Positions 28,996-39,096 of a stretch of 64,000 nucleotides of DNA are shown piece after piece. Within the stretch, counting starts at the first letter, position 1. Every line of letters starts with the position of its first letter. Location of the stretch: positions 32,001 through 96,000 of the forward strand of contig CAVWVI010000004.1 of assembly GCA_963758495.1 (NCBI GenBank), written 5' to 3'. The DNA comes from Oligoflexia bacterium (lineage in GTDB: Bacteria; Bdellovibrionota; UBA1018). The position numbers and the translations under genes are program-made. The notes under the pieces are model-generated. The model saw nothing but the letters and a program-made list of their open reading frames with translations, did not search any database and was not told the DNA's origin.

Positions 28996-30726
28996 TCATG
29001 CAGCCCTCTTCAAATCGAGAAACTGTCTCGATTTCAACCCGCTCAAGTATTGATGCACCCATTGAATCACAATAGACCCCTCACCCACCGCTGAGGCCAC
29101 TCGTTTTACTGATTCCGAGCGGACATCGCCTACCGCAAAAATTCCTGGCTCAGCCGTCTCGTATGGAGAGCGTAAAGGTGATCCTGCCTTTGTTTTTCCG
29201 GTAAGAACAAATCCTTTTGGATCGAGTGCGATACACTTTCGGAGCCAATCCGTGTTTGGAATGGCTCCTATCATAACAAACACGTTTCGGATGGGCTTTG
29301 TCCAGTGTCGATGGTTCGCTGACGATTTCCATTCTACTTCCTCAAGGAACTTTTGGCCCGATAGCCCTGATAAACGGGTGATTTCGGTTTCGTAGTAAAT
29401 CTGAACTTTGGATGAGGCCTGAATACGTTCGACGAGATAGTTTGACATTGTCTCGGAAAGAGCCTTGCCTCTGACCAGCATGTGAACTTTCGCGGCCGAT
29501 TGACTCAGATAAATGGCAGCTTGCCCCGCTGAATTACCTCCTCCCACTACCACGACCTCTTCTCCGGAACAAAGCTGGGCTTCCATTGCCATTGCCGCGT
29601 AGTAGATCCCTCGTCCCTCAAATTGCTGGTAATTGGGGAGATCGAGTTTTCGATATCTAGCACCTGACGCCACGACCAACGCACGCGTGCGCACTTTCGT
29701 CTGGTCGCACAATAAAACTTCAAATACCCCATCTTGCGCCCTGGTGACGTCGGTGACGGCTCTAGCGATCGCCATATGCACGCCAAACTTTAAGGCCTGG
29801 ACTTGTGCACGAGAGGCAAGCTCAACGCCTGAGATCCCGTTAGGAAACCCAAGATAGTTTTCGATACGAGAGCTTGTTCCTGCCTGACCACCAGGTGCGA
29901 GAGCTTCGAGTACTACTGTATCCAGCCCTTCGGAAGCAGCATAAACAGAAGCTGCCAGTCCTGCCGGGCCACCCCCTACAATCCCCACATCATAAGTGTG
30001 CTCAAGAGGAAATGCCTCCAAAAGACCAATTTCAGCGGCAAGTTGATGAAGACTAGGATTTTTAAATAAACTATGTTTTGAATCCACAACGACTGGAAGA
30101 TCCTCCAAACGCAATGATAAAGATGTAAGAATAGAACGTCCATCTTCTCCTTTTGCGTCGGGAGGAATGAACCGATAAGGGTAAGCGTTACGTATCAGAA
30201 ATTGCCGAATACGAAGTAAATCAGGATCCTGAGTCGCTCCAATCAGAGTGACGCCCGCCGTCCCATGACGGATAATACTACTTCGACGAAGAACATAGGC
30301 TCGAAGAATGAGTTCTCCTAGTTCAGGTTCTGCCACAAGCATTCGTCTAAAGTCTTTATACTGAACTCTGAGAACACGTGTAGGAGTTGAAGTTCGAGCA
30401 TTGATCAAACTCTTACGTCCGCTAAACTGGCTCATCTCACCGGGGAAATTACTAGCTTTATGAATTACAAGCACTCGATCTTTGCCGCAGTTATCTGTCT
30501 CGTAAGCCTCAATAGCTCCTTGGAGCACGACGTAAAAGTCGACATTCCGATCTCCACGCTGATAGAGAATATGACCAGTTGGAAAATCTGCCTCTTCTCC
30601 GAATGAACGAATTGCGTTCAGGTGATCAGTTGTCAGCTTAGGAAACGCCTCAGCAAGTCGAAACGTATCCAATGAACCATCTGAATTCTTTAGAAAAAAT
30701 ATATTCTGCCAAATATCTAAGTCCAT
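28996..30726 (-). CDS. cNMP-domain thioredoxin-reductase-like FAD oxidoreductase
   Basis: cNMP N-terminus; GGGPAG, GGQAGTSSRIENYLGFP, GGGNSAGQ, GDVR. Confidence 0.88.
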   Translation of the reverse strand: MDLDIWQNIFFLKNSDGSLDTFRLAEAFPKLTTDHLNAIRSFGEEADFPTGHILYQRGDRNVDFYVVLQGAIEAYETDNCGKDRVLVIHKASNFPGEMSQFSGRKSLINARTSTPTRVLRVQYKDFRRMLVAEPELGELILRAYVLRRSSIIRHGTAGVTLIGATQDPDLLRIRQFLIRNAYPYRFIPPDAKGEDGRSILTSLSLRLEDLPVVVDSKHSLFKNPSLHQLAAEIGLLEAFPLEHTYDVGIVGGGPAGLAASVYAASEGLDTVVLEALAPGGQAGTSSRIENYLGFPNGISGVELASRAQVQALKFGVHMAIARAVTDVTRAQDGVFEVLLCDQTKVRTRALVVASGARYRKLDLPNYQQFEGRGIYYAAMAMEAQLCSGEEVVVVGGGNSAGQAAIYLSQSAAKVHMLVRGKALSETMSNYLVERIQASSKVQIYYETEITRLSGLSGQKFLEEVEWKSSANHRHWTKPIRNVFVMIGAIPNTDWLRKCIALDPKGFVLTGKTKAGSPLRSPYETAEPGIFAVGDVRSESVKRVASAVGEGSIVIQWVHQYLSGLKSRQFLDLKRAA

Positions 30727-30893
30727 TCTCAAGTCTCCCTTCTCTTTTTTCCATATGAATCGCCATTGCAAGAGTAAAACCGTTACAATAATGTAAATGC
30801 ATCTACCCTGCAAAAAAGGCTTCGCTCCTCCATCCTATTGATGCTTTGAGATATGAATAAAAAATCTCCAAACTAATTGTGACAAACGAGTCA

Positions 30894-31046
30894 CTAAGGC
30901 AATGGCTTGCGCCCACGAATAATTCTGAGAATGACCACAATGATGGCAATGACTAGAAGAATATGTATCAATCCACCTAAGGTATAGCTGGTAGCGAACC
31001 CCAGAATCCACAAAAGAACCAAGATGACCACAATTGATTCAAGCAC
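30894..31046 (-). CDS. lmo0937-family small membrane protein
   Basis: Manual translation MLESIVVILVLLWILGFATSYTLGGLIHILLVIAIIVVILRIIRGRKPLP. Confidence 0.8.
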   Translation of the reverse strand: MLESIVVILVLLWILGFATSYTLGGLIHILLVIAIIVVILRIIRGRKPLP

Positions 31047-31331
31047 AAGTCTCTCCCGAGGCATATGCCCCTTATGGTTCCCCTAAGGTTTGCAATTTTC
31101 ATTCTATAGGATAAATCTTGCGGCGTAGGTCAAATGTTGCATACATGCAGCCCACCCCCTTCAGCCATATACACCACATATTAGCTTGGTTTGAACACTC
31201 CCTTATCAACCTTCTTGAAATATAACTCATTTCAAGTGCCGCAGCATAATACGTCAATAATGCTATAGATTTTTTATTATTTATAGGTAATATAAATCAT
31301 TCAATTAATCTTTTTTGAGGAGAAAAAGAAT

Positions 31332-31895
31332 ATGAAGAAGTCCATTAGGATGAGTGGGATATTCTTAATACTATTTGCAGCTTCCATGCTTCAAGCAAGT
31401 TCTCTAGAAACTGCGACGTTTTCAGCAGGCTGTTTTTGGGGAACTGAAGAATTTTTTAGAAAAGTGCCAGGTGTGATTGAAACACGAGTTGGCTATACAG
31501 GCGGCTCCGGAAGAGTTTCTTACGAAGAAGTAAGTTCCGGAAATACAGGTCATACGGAGTCGGTTGAAATCCAGTTTGATTCCAAAAAAGTGACTTATCG
31601 GGACCTACTTGTTCTTTTCTTTAAGATGCACGATCCGACAACCCGAAATCAACAGGGGAACGACCACGGAACTCAATACAGGTCGGCTATATTCACCCAC
31701 TCTGAGAAACAACGAAAGATCGCAGAAGAATTGACGGCAAAAATCAACAAGTCCGGGGCGTGGAAAAAACCTCTGACAACTGAGATCACAAAAGCAAACA
31801 CGTTCTATCCGGCAGAGGAATACCATCAAAAATATCTTGTAAAGCACCCTGATGGCTATGACAACCACTACCTGAGAGATTTAAAATTTGAATGA
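31332..31895 (+). CDS. msrA: Peptide-methionine (S)-S-oxide reductase with signal peptide
   Basis: GCFWG, GTQYRS, AEEYHQKY. Confidence 0.95.
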   Translation: MKKSIRMSGIFLILFAASMLQASSLETATFSAGCFWGTEEFFRKVPGVIETRVGYTGGSGRVSYEEVSSGNTGHTESVEIQFDSKKVTYRDLLVLFFKMHDPTTRNQQGNDHGTQYRSAIFTHSEKQRKIAEELTAKINKSGAWKKPLTTEITKANTFYPAEEYHQKYLVKHPDGYDNHYLRDLKFE

Positions 31896-31961
31896 ATGAA
31901 CAAATTTATTATTCGCTGGCCACCCGTTGACTTGAAAAAACAAATGTGAAATAATTTTAGT

Positions 31962-32882
31962 ATGAACAAACCAAGCTCAATTGAACTCAACTCCGGAGAG
32001 AGAATTGAGAGAAGCCAAATCAATTGGAACTTGGTTTATTATTTTTCAGAAATTGCAGCAGCAGGTTCGATTAAAGATGCTGCCGATAAGCTTGAATTGA
32101 GTCCATCCACACTCAGCTCCCATCTCTCCCAACTAGAAAAAGACCTCTCTGTACAATTGTTCTATCGACAGCATCGCAAACTCACTCTTACTCCTGAAGG
32201 TAACCGACTCTATTTTCGTGCAAAGGAAATGTTCGAGGCAGGACAAAGACTCCTCAATGTCGTTGCTCCTGTACCTCTGGGGTGCTATCCGATCTCAATT
32301 GGACTGGTCCCAAGCCCGTCCATTCAGGTTGCTTACCGCATTATCGGCGAATGCTTGCGTCGTCAAAAACACTTGAACATGAAGTTATTCCATTCAGGTT
32401 ACAACGATCTTGAGACCGGACTGGTAAGCTCCAAATATGACTTTGGCTTTTCTGACCGTATTCCAGAACGAAAAGATCTGATCTGCCACCGGATTTCCCA
32501 CTCTCCCATAAAGTTCTTTGTTTCGGATAAATGGGCAAATACTTCATTTTCAGAACTGCTTTCGCAACTTCCGCTTCTGATCTGTAACGCAGAACCCTCA
32601 CAGAGGAGCTTTGCTGAACAGGTCCTCATTGAGGCAGACCTCACACCCTCATCTGTAGTCACATCCGATTATCCAAGCGCACTCCTTGATCTTTGTCAGG
32701 ATGGACTAGGGATTGGAGTATTCAGTGAAGCTGAAGGGCTGAAGTCTTTACGAGTACCCAGAGATGCTCCAAAACTACAAGATATTCTGTACATTCTATG
32801 GTCAAATGAAGCCGAAAATACTGCGGCCGTTCGACTTCTAAAATCAATAACACCTTTAGAAAAAGCCTTTGGAACCAGTTAA
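31962..32882 (+). CDS. LysR-family regulator (NhaR-like)
   Basis: N-terminal LysR HTH; paralog of 37468-38409. Confidence 0.88.
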   Translation: MNKPSSIELNSGERIERSQINWNLVYYFSEIAAAGSIKDAADKLELSPSTLSSHLSQLEKDLSVQLFYRQHRKLTLTPEGNRLYFRAKEMFEAGQRLLNVVAPVPLGCYPISIGLVPSPSIQVAYRIIGECLRRQKHLNMKLFHSGYNDLETGLVSSKYDFGFSDRIPERKDLICHRISHSPIKFFVSDKWANTSFSELLSQLPLLICNAEPSQRSFAEQVLIEADLTPSSVVTSDYPSALLDLCQDGLGIGVFSEAEGLKSLRVPRDAPKLQDILYILWSNEAENTAAVRLLKSITPLEKAFGTS

Positions 32883-33010
32883 GTTTTTAGTCATCAGGAA
32901 GTTCAACAATGCGGTAGAATTTTGGAGAACCATCCAAGAAAGGGCCCGAATAGCATGAACCAAAAAACAGCCACTTTCATTGTTACGGTGATTACTGGAT
33001 TTAAGTGCAC

Positions 33011-33826
33011 ATGAAACCTCTTTTCCGCAAGATCGTATACCTGCTTTTGATACTTGGAATGGGCGGAGCTTTCTACTATGGGTACAATTACATTCAGCAG
33101 AAAGCTCCGACGATTTCAGAAGTTCAAAAGCAAATTCCTAGTAAGCCTTCAAGGACGATTCAATATCCTGTTCCCTCTGAAAGTGGGCAATCAGGTTTCG
33201 CCAGTCCAACTGTCAATGGTGCGCCGCCCGTAGATAAGAGTGACCCCACCATCGAAAATGCGTTGAGTACTCTTTTAGGAAAGGAACTATTCGCTTCTCT
33301 CTTCCACCTCAATAATATCGTACGAAGAATTGTTGTTACGGTTGATAATGCAACTCAACATGCTCAACCGTCATGGGAAATGTCGCCTCTCAAACCATTG
33401 GAATCAAGCTTTATTGCTACAAGACGGAACAATGACAGAATAATTGCTCCTGCTAATTTTCAGCGTTACACTCCCTATGCAAACCTTGCCCGAACTGTTG
33501 ATCCAAAAAAATTAGTTGAAGTCTATGTGCATTTCTATTCTTTATTCCAAGCAGCCTACCAGGACCTAGGAACAGAGAAGTATTTTAATGACCGTCTAGT
33601 CGAAGTAATCGACAACGTCTTGAAAGCACCTGAAATAAGGGACTCGATCAAAGTAGAAAGACTTACTCCCCACAATAGATATAAGTACGTTGACAACTCG
33701 CTAGAAAGTCTTCCATCCGGCCAAAAGGCATTAGTTCGAATGGGCTACGACAATATTCGCACTATCAAAGAAAAACTGCGCCAAATTCGCGTGCTCCTTA
33801 CTCACCTCGAAGGAACAACACGATGA
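33011..33826 (+). CDS. DUF3014-like membrane-anchored protein
   Basis: RRIVVTVDN, YFNDRLVEVID, LE.L..GQK.L.RMG. Confidence 0.8.
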   Translation: MKPLFRKIVYLLLILGMGGAFYYGYNYIQQKAPTISEVQKQIPSKPSRTIQYPVPSESGQSGFASPTVNGAPPVDKSDPTIENALSTLLGKELFASLFHLNNIVRRIVVTVDNATQHAQPSWEMSPLKPLESSFIATRRNNDRIIAPANFQRYTPYANLARTVDPKKLVEVYVHFYSLFQAAYQDLGTEKYFNDRLVEVIDNVLKAPEIRDSIKVERLTPHNRYKYVDNSLESLPSGQKALVRMGYDNIRTIKEKLRQIRVLLTHLEGTTR

Positions 33827-33883
33827 ATGTAGTAAGAGCTCTCTTGCTGGAATTATTTTTGTGAGGTTGGAGCACAATTCGTA

Positions 33884-35722
33884 ATGGCCTTGCAGTTTAG
33901 CAGCCTAACTTCTAGATTGTGCAAAATAGTCATAGTTTTGACCTTCCTTTGTGGAGCATGCTCTTCTCGAAGCATTTCTCCAAATCTAGACGACATGATC
34001 AAGCTAACGCCTAGCCAAGGGATTCAAGAAAGTGAAGTAACTGGCTGCAAATCCATGTTGGACTCCTACTGTGACTTACTTTATTCACCTACAAACAATG
34101 GAAACCTGAGTATTAAAAAATCCAACGGATCTTTTTCTATTCTACAAGGTGAAACCAATAATGACTTCTCCATGGTTTATTTTGAGTACGCAAAAGCAAA
34201 GTTAAAAAACCAAGACTCCTTTCCGACCGACTTTCGAGATACTCTGAATAGTCGTAACTATTTCCAAAAGCTCCAGCTTTTCTTATTGCGCAAATCGAAA
34301 GAAAAAATGACATTTTTCGAACGAACTCAATCTATCAGACAAGGACATGACCTCGATAGTATTTGGGCATCGGCAATCGAAGAAACTATCTTAAAGAGGC
34401 TAGAAAAAAAGTATGAAGGCTTTCACAAGCTCAGGGAAGACTACATTCCACTTGAACTCGCTCTTGAGAGGAAGCGCATTCGACGTATCTTGATTTCAGA
34501 AATCTCCCAATCCATATGGAAAAGTCATCCAAATTGGAAAAGAGTTCAAGAAAACTTCGAAACATTAAGAATTCACTTTATTTCCGTTATCAGCAAATTA
34601 GCGATTCCCCAAGAAATCCAGAATGCCTGGATTCAGCGGGTACTTTCAGTCAATCTCGCACTACCTGGAGCCTTGGCTGAAATTTCAGACAATGAGTGTT
34701 CCAGTACCGTGATAAACGCATACTATTATCCTCATCTAAATATTCTCACGGTCTGTGCAGGAGACTTTAATAGCGAAGACATTTTAGAAACCATAGCTCA
34801 CGAATTGGGACATGCTCTTGACTTGGACCGATCTCGGTACATCTTCCAAATTAACTCTCTCTTTGGAAAGGAACTTGCGAATCTGAGAAATCAGATTTGC
34901 TCCAAGGAAACTTTCTCGTGTGCTCACTGGTCTCAATTCAAAAATGATTTTCAAAGAAATCTTACCGAATTGCGGAAATATATTCCGGAACTTCCTCAAT
35001 TCCAGCAATGTTTAAAATACAAATCCACTCCAAATCGTCTGACCGAGAGTGACATTTATCGTCTAGCAACTTCTATAGTCAATAATAAGATTGCCAGCCT
35101 AGCTGACACTGGAACTTTTCTGCGGGTGACTAAAAGTAATATTCCCCTGTCCAATGGGAGAATTCAGGCAAATCCATACTATCTGAACCCTTGCAGCTAC
35201 TATCTCTCTAGTCATGGAAACGAGCCAATCGATGATGAGTTGACAAGTCTCATCTTCTTTACAGCCGAATACCAGTGCAACAACAGTGAGGAGATCGAAA
35301 AATTTAAGCTTGCAATCGAATTGGCCAAAACCATGAGCACCGCCGTTGAAAGCGCAGTGATTAGAATGGAAGGTGAGTTTTCAGGAAAAGAAGAACTTCA
35401 ATCAGGTGGATATGCCGCCTCTCCTTCTGAACGTTTTGCAGATGTAATAGGAAGCTACGCATTTGCTGATTTGTTAAATTCGACACCGTCAGTAAGCGAC
35501 CGAAGGAAGATCTTCCTTGCAAGTAGCTCATGGCAATGCTCTAAACCTTCACTTGCCACTCGATTTCCTGCTGAAAACGCTATTCAAAGTTTGTTCTCAC
35601 TAGATAATCATGCGGACCCAAGTCAAAGAAAAATGGAATTTTTCTCTGCTCCGGTGCGAGATTCATTAAACTGCAGTAGAGACTTTTCATTCAGCTCATG
35701 CGAACTACAATTTCAAAAGTAA
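33884..35722 (+). CDS. Lipoprotein with M13/gluzincin-like zinc peptidase motifs
   Basis: Lipobox-like CGAC; NAYYYP, AHELGH, ERFAD. Confidence 0.6.
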   Translation: MALQFSSLTSRLCKIVIVLTFLCGACSSRSISPNLDDMIKLTPSQGIQESEVTGCKSMLDSYCDLLYSPTNNGNLSIKKSNGSFSILQGETNNDFSMVYFEYAKAKLKNQDSFPTDFRDTLNSRNYFQKLQLFLLRKSKEKMTFFERTQSIRQGHDLDSIWASAIEETILKRLEKKYEGFHKLREDYIPLELALERKRIRRILISEISQSIWKSHPNWKRVQENFETLRIHFISVISKLAIPQEIQNAWIQRVLSVNLALPGALAEISDNECSSTVINAYYYPHLNILTVCAGDFNSEDILETIAHELGHALDLDRSRYIFQINSLFGKELANLRNQICSKETFSCAHWSQFKNDFQRNLTELRKYIPELPQFQQCLKYKSTPNRLTESDIYRLATSIVNNKIASLADTGTFLRVTKSNIPLSNGRIQANPYYLNPCSYYLSSHGNEPIDDELTSLIFFTAEYQCNNSEEIEKFKLAIELAKTMSTAVESAVIRMEGEFSGKEELQSGGYAASPSERFADVIGSYAFADLLNSTPSVSDRRKIFLASSSWQCSKPSLATRFPAENAIQSLFSLDNHADPSQRKMEFFSAPVRDSLNCSRDFSFSSCELQFQK

Positions 35723-35757
35723 CTCTTATAAACCCGCGACTATGGCTACACCTCTTT

Positions 35758-36129
35758 TTAATTTTGCACAATGACAACTGAACTCTGGCAAGCCGAACAA
35801 AGATCATGGATTGGCCATTTCAATGAGGCTTTCACAATGGTGAACTCCTTCTCACAATTTGGACAATTTCCAGTGCCGCCTGCAATCGTACTCACTACCT
35901 GATAAATGCGAAAAGCTACAAACGGACCTGCCAATAGAAAGGCTGGGACCAAAATGAAATGTGCGAGTGGAATGAGAACTGACACTATAGCCAATCCCCA
36001 AGAGATCCCGAGAGCTTTCAAAGCCCGTCTCAGTCTCTCTTTTTGATTCCACTCTTGAATCCAAACGATTCCTTGTGTTTTCTTTTCATCTGACGAAATG
36101 AGGGTCACTCGGCAAACATTCTGAATCAT
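35758..36129 (-). CDS. Small membrane protein with C-terminal Zn ribbon
   Basis: Two TM helices, CPNC...CSAC; overlaps ClC stop. Confidence 0.7.
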   Translation of the reverse strand: MIQNVCRVTLISSDEKKTQGIVWIQEWNQKERLRRALKALGISWGLAIVSVLIPLAHFILVPAFLLAGPFVAFRIYQVVSTIAGGTGNCPNCEKEFTIVKASLKWPIHDLCSACQSSVVIVQN

Positions 36130-37394
36130 CCCTCCTCGTGCCTTCCTGCCAGAAAACTATATAATGGTGCCGGCATAATCCATTTACCGATCCCTTGAGC
36201 TAGAAAGGCTGCTATCATGAATGGCAGAATGAGCATGTGTTCATCTGTCATTTCCATCACAATAATAACCGCAGTCAGTGGAGCTTGAACGACCGCCGCA
36301 AAAAAGGCCACCATGCCCATCAAAGCGCAAGCTTGAAAATTCTGAAAATGGGCAAGTTTAGCAATCGAGACGCCCAGCCCTGCACCAATAGAAAGGCAAG
36401 GGGAAAAAATTCCACCTGCCATTCCAGACAGGTAGGAAAGAACCGTAGTACCAAGTTTGTAAACTGGGAAAAGCAGACTCGCATTTTCCGGAGTTGCAGA
36501 TTCGAGAGTTTTTCTCGTAACTTCATAACCGGATCCAATGGTATCCCCATGAGTAAGAAATCCGATGAGTGCACAAAGAAGTCCGCAGATAAGCGCACGA
36601 GGCCACCAATTCTCAGGAAGCCGAGTTAATTTTGGATACGCCAGTAGCTTTGCGAACGCGCCACCGAAAAGACCTCCTATAATCCCGATCAGGAAAGCTT
36701 CAGGAATAACCATTAAATTGGATTTGGAGAATACGGGATGTCCAAAATACAGATAATCCCCAAGAAGTGCCTGAGCTGTAATACCGGAAATAATTACAGC
36801 TAACATCACAGTTTGGCGAAAGGGACCAAAAGCCCCATCCGCGATTTCCTCAAGGGCAAATGTAATTCCAGCAAGAGGCGTATTAAATGCCGCGGCCACA
36901 CCCGAAGCTGCTCCTGCAATCAGATAGGTCTGAAAATCTATATGAGGAACATATTTATTCAGGCGTCTTCCCACCCATGCGAATCCGGAAGATGCAATTT
37001 GTACAGTAGGCCCCTCCCTCCCAATTGATGCACCTCCAAGAATGCCGACAATTGAAGATAGAACTTTAATGGAAGCCGTTTTTATAGAAACTAACTCGGT
37101 ATACCAGACATCTTTTGAATCAGGTGATTCTTTAGCAACCTCAATTGCCTGCAGCACTTGCGGGATTCCACTCCCCTTTGCATCTGGAGCAAATCGGCGA
37201 ACCAGGAAAGTTGCAAAGACAAAAGCCAGAGGGGAATACAATGATACAAAATAGGAATGAGACTGAAACCAATGGAAATAGTACTCCTGAGCAAGAGCAA
37301 CGACTCTCGCATAGAGAACCGCAGCAAGACCCACAATTATGGCTCCTACCCACACTGAAGCATGTTGATATGTCCTACTTTTGATATGATGCAT
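36126..37394 (-). CDS. ClC-family chloride channel/H+ antiporter
   Basis: GSGIP, GREGP, GGIFSP motifs. Confidence 0.92.
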   Translation of the reverse strand: MHHIKSRTYQHASVWVGAIIVGLAAVLYARVVALAQEYYFHWFQSHSYFVSLYSPLAFVFATFLVRRFAPDAKGSGIPQVLQAIEVAKESPDSKDVWYTELVSIKTASIKVLSSIVGILGGASIGREGPTVQIASSGFAWVGRRLNKYVPHIDFQTYLIAGAASGVAAAFNTPLAGITFALEEIADGAFGPFRQTVMLAVIISGITAQALLGDYLYFGHPVFSKSNLMVIPEAFLIGIIGGLFGGAFAKLLAYPKLTRLPENWWPRALICGLLCALIGFLTHGDTIGSGYEVTRKTLESATPENASLLFPVYKLGTTVLSYLSGMAGGIFSPCLSIGAGLGVSIAKLAHFQNFQACALMGMVAFFAAVVQAPLTAVIIVMEMTDEHMLILPFMIAAFLAQGIGKWIMPAPLYSFLAGRHEEG

Positions 37395-37467
37395 AATTTA
37401 AATTCTTAAAAACTAAAATAAAGAGTAACACGTTGATTTGGCTTTTCCAATGTGTAATAGTATTTAT

Positions 37468-38409
37468 ATGGTTTCTCCAATTCGATCAATCTTAGGGACC
37501 TCTTCAAAAAAGAAGAGGGACGAAAAGACCAAAGGTCGTCCTATCAATTGGAACCAGGTATTTTATTTTTCTGAGGTTGCAGCCATCGGTTCGCTTAAAG
37601 ACGCTGCAATTAAGCTCCATCTTCATCCTTCCACTCTCAGTGAACATATCTCTCAACTTGAGACTGACCTCAATACGACGCTTTTCTTACGGCAGCATCG
37701 TAAGCTGGTCCTCACTCCGGAGGGAAACCACCTTTACTTGCGTGCAAAGGAAATGTTCGAAGCCGGCCAGAGACTCGTAGATATTGTTTCCCCGGTTCCC
37801 CTTGGCTGTTACCCCGTATCCATCGGACTAGTACCTACTCCTTCAATTCAGCTTGCCTATCAGGTCATTGGAGACTTTCTTGAGAAAAATGGACCTGTCA
37901 ACATGAAGCTCTTTCACGCTGGCTATTCTGAATTGGATAGCGGTATATCCAAGGGGCACTTTGATTTTGGCTTTTCAGATCGCGTGTCGGATCTCAAGAA
38001 CCTTTCACATCGGCTCATTTCCGCTTCGTATATTAAATTTTATGTATCTGGGAAATGGGCGGAAAAGCGATTTTCTGCGCTGCTACAATCCCTCCCTCTT
38101 CTCATTTGTAATGCAGAACCTTCAACTCGAACCTTGGCTGAACAAGCGTTATCTGACACGGGCTTAGTTGCACCAGCAATCATTACTTCAGACTACCCGA
38201 GTGTCTTGGTTGAACTCTGCAAAAGAGGAATTGGAATTGGGGTTTTTAGTGAAGAAACCATAAAAAAAGAAACAGAAGTTCTGAAGGCATTTCGAGTTCC
38301 GAAAGGTGCTCCAAGGCTTCAAGATAAGTTCTATGCAATTTGGGCAAAGGAAAGTGAAAATCGGGAAGCAGTAAAACTACTTATAAAATTGATTCCGTTA
38401 GAAAATTAA
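37468..38409 (+). CDS. LysR-family regulator (NhaR-like)
   Basis: LysR HTH; divergent from ClC gene. Confidence 0.88.
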   Translation: MVSPIRSILGTSSKKKRDEKTKGRPINWNQVFYFSEVAAIGSLKDAAIKLHLHPSTLSEHISQLETDLNTTLFLRQHRKLVLTPEGNHLYLRAKEMFEAGQRLVDIVSPVPLGCYPVSIGLVPTPSIQLAYQVIGDFLEKNGPVNMKLFHAGYSELDSGISKGHFDFGFSDRVSDLKNLSHRLISASYIKFYVSGKWAEKRFSALLQSLPLLICNAEPSTRTLAEQALSDTGLVAPAIITSDYPSVLVELCKRGIGIGVFSEETIKKETEVLKAFRVPKGAPRLQDKFYAIWAKESENREAVKLLIKLIPLEN

Positions 38410-38439
38410 AATTGAAATCACTCGAAAGGGACCTGTTCT

Positions 38440-38946
38440 ATGAAAATTAGAGAATTAAATAAAAACCAATATTGTGCATTTGCTGTTTTATTAACTCTGA
38501 TTGCAATCACCGGCTGTGCGAAAAAGACGAAGCCAGAAGAGTCCGTCATTTCTACTGCCCCTTCAATTGAGGAAAATGCACTAGGAGACTCGGACTCAGG
38601 CAGGGCACTCGGTCTCAATACCATTCACTTTCCATTTGATTCAGCTCTACTAGATGAGAAAGCAAAAGCAGAAATAAACTCAAATTACCAAATTCTAAAG
38701 GAGAAGCCCAGTCTCAAAGTCCAAATAGAAGGGCACTGTGATCAACGTGGAGGAATACAATACAATATTGCGTTGGGTGAGAGACGAGCCAAATCCGTAT
38801 TGCACTACCTAACGAATCTAGGAATTCCTTCAGACCGCATCAACATCATCAGCTATGGAAAGGAAAGACCCATAGATCGGGCTAATACCGAAGAAGCTTA
38901 TGCTAAGAATCGGAGAGCAAATTTCGCTATTACCTCCAGAATGTAG
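38440..38946 (+). CDS. pal: Peptidoglycan-associated lipoprotein (OmpA/Pal)
   Basis: Lipobox ITGC; IEGHCDQRG, YNIALGERRA, SYGKERP, NRRA. Confidence 0.88.
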   Translation: MKIRELNKNQYCAFAVLLTLIAITGCAKKTKPEESVISTAPSIEENALGDSDSGRALGLNTIHFPFDSALLDEKAKAEINSNYQILKEKPSLKVQIEGHCDQRGGIQYNIALGERRAKSVLHYLTNLGIPSDRINIISYGKERPIDRANTEEAYAKNRRANFAITSRM

Positions 38947-39096
38947 AACTTATGCTTGTCATTTTTCTGCTCCTACTTTTATCACCTATAGCGTTAGCGG
39001 ATAATTTTTGGGGTAGTTCTACCTATCAAAGCCATTCTCCTTATCAAGGGTATTCCTCCTCTAAAATTATGCACTTACTTCATCGACATCAGAAGG

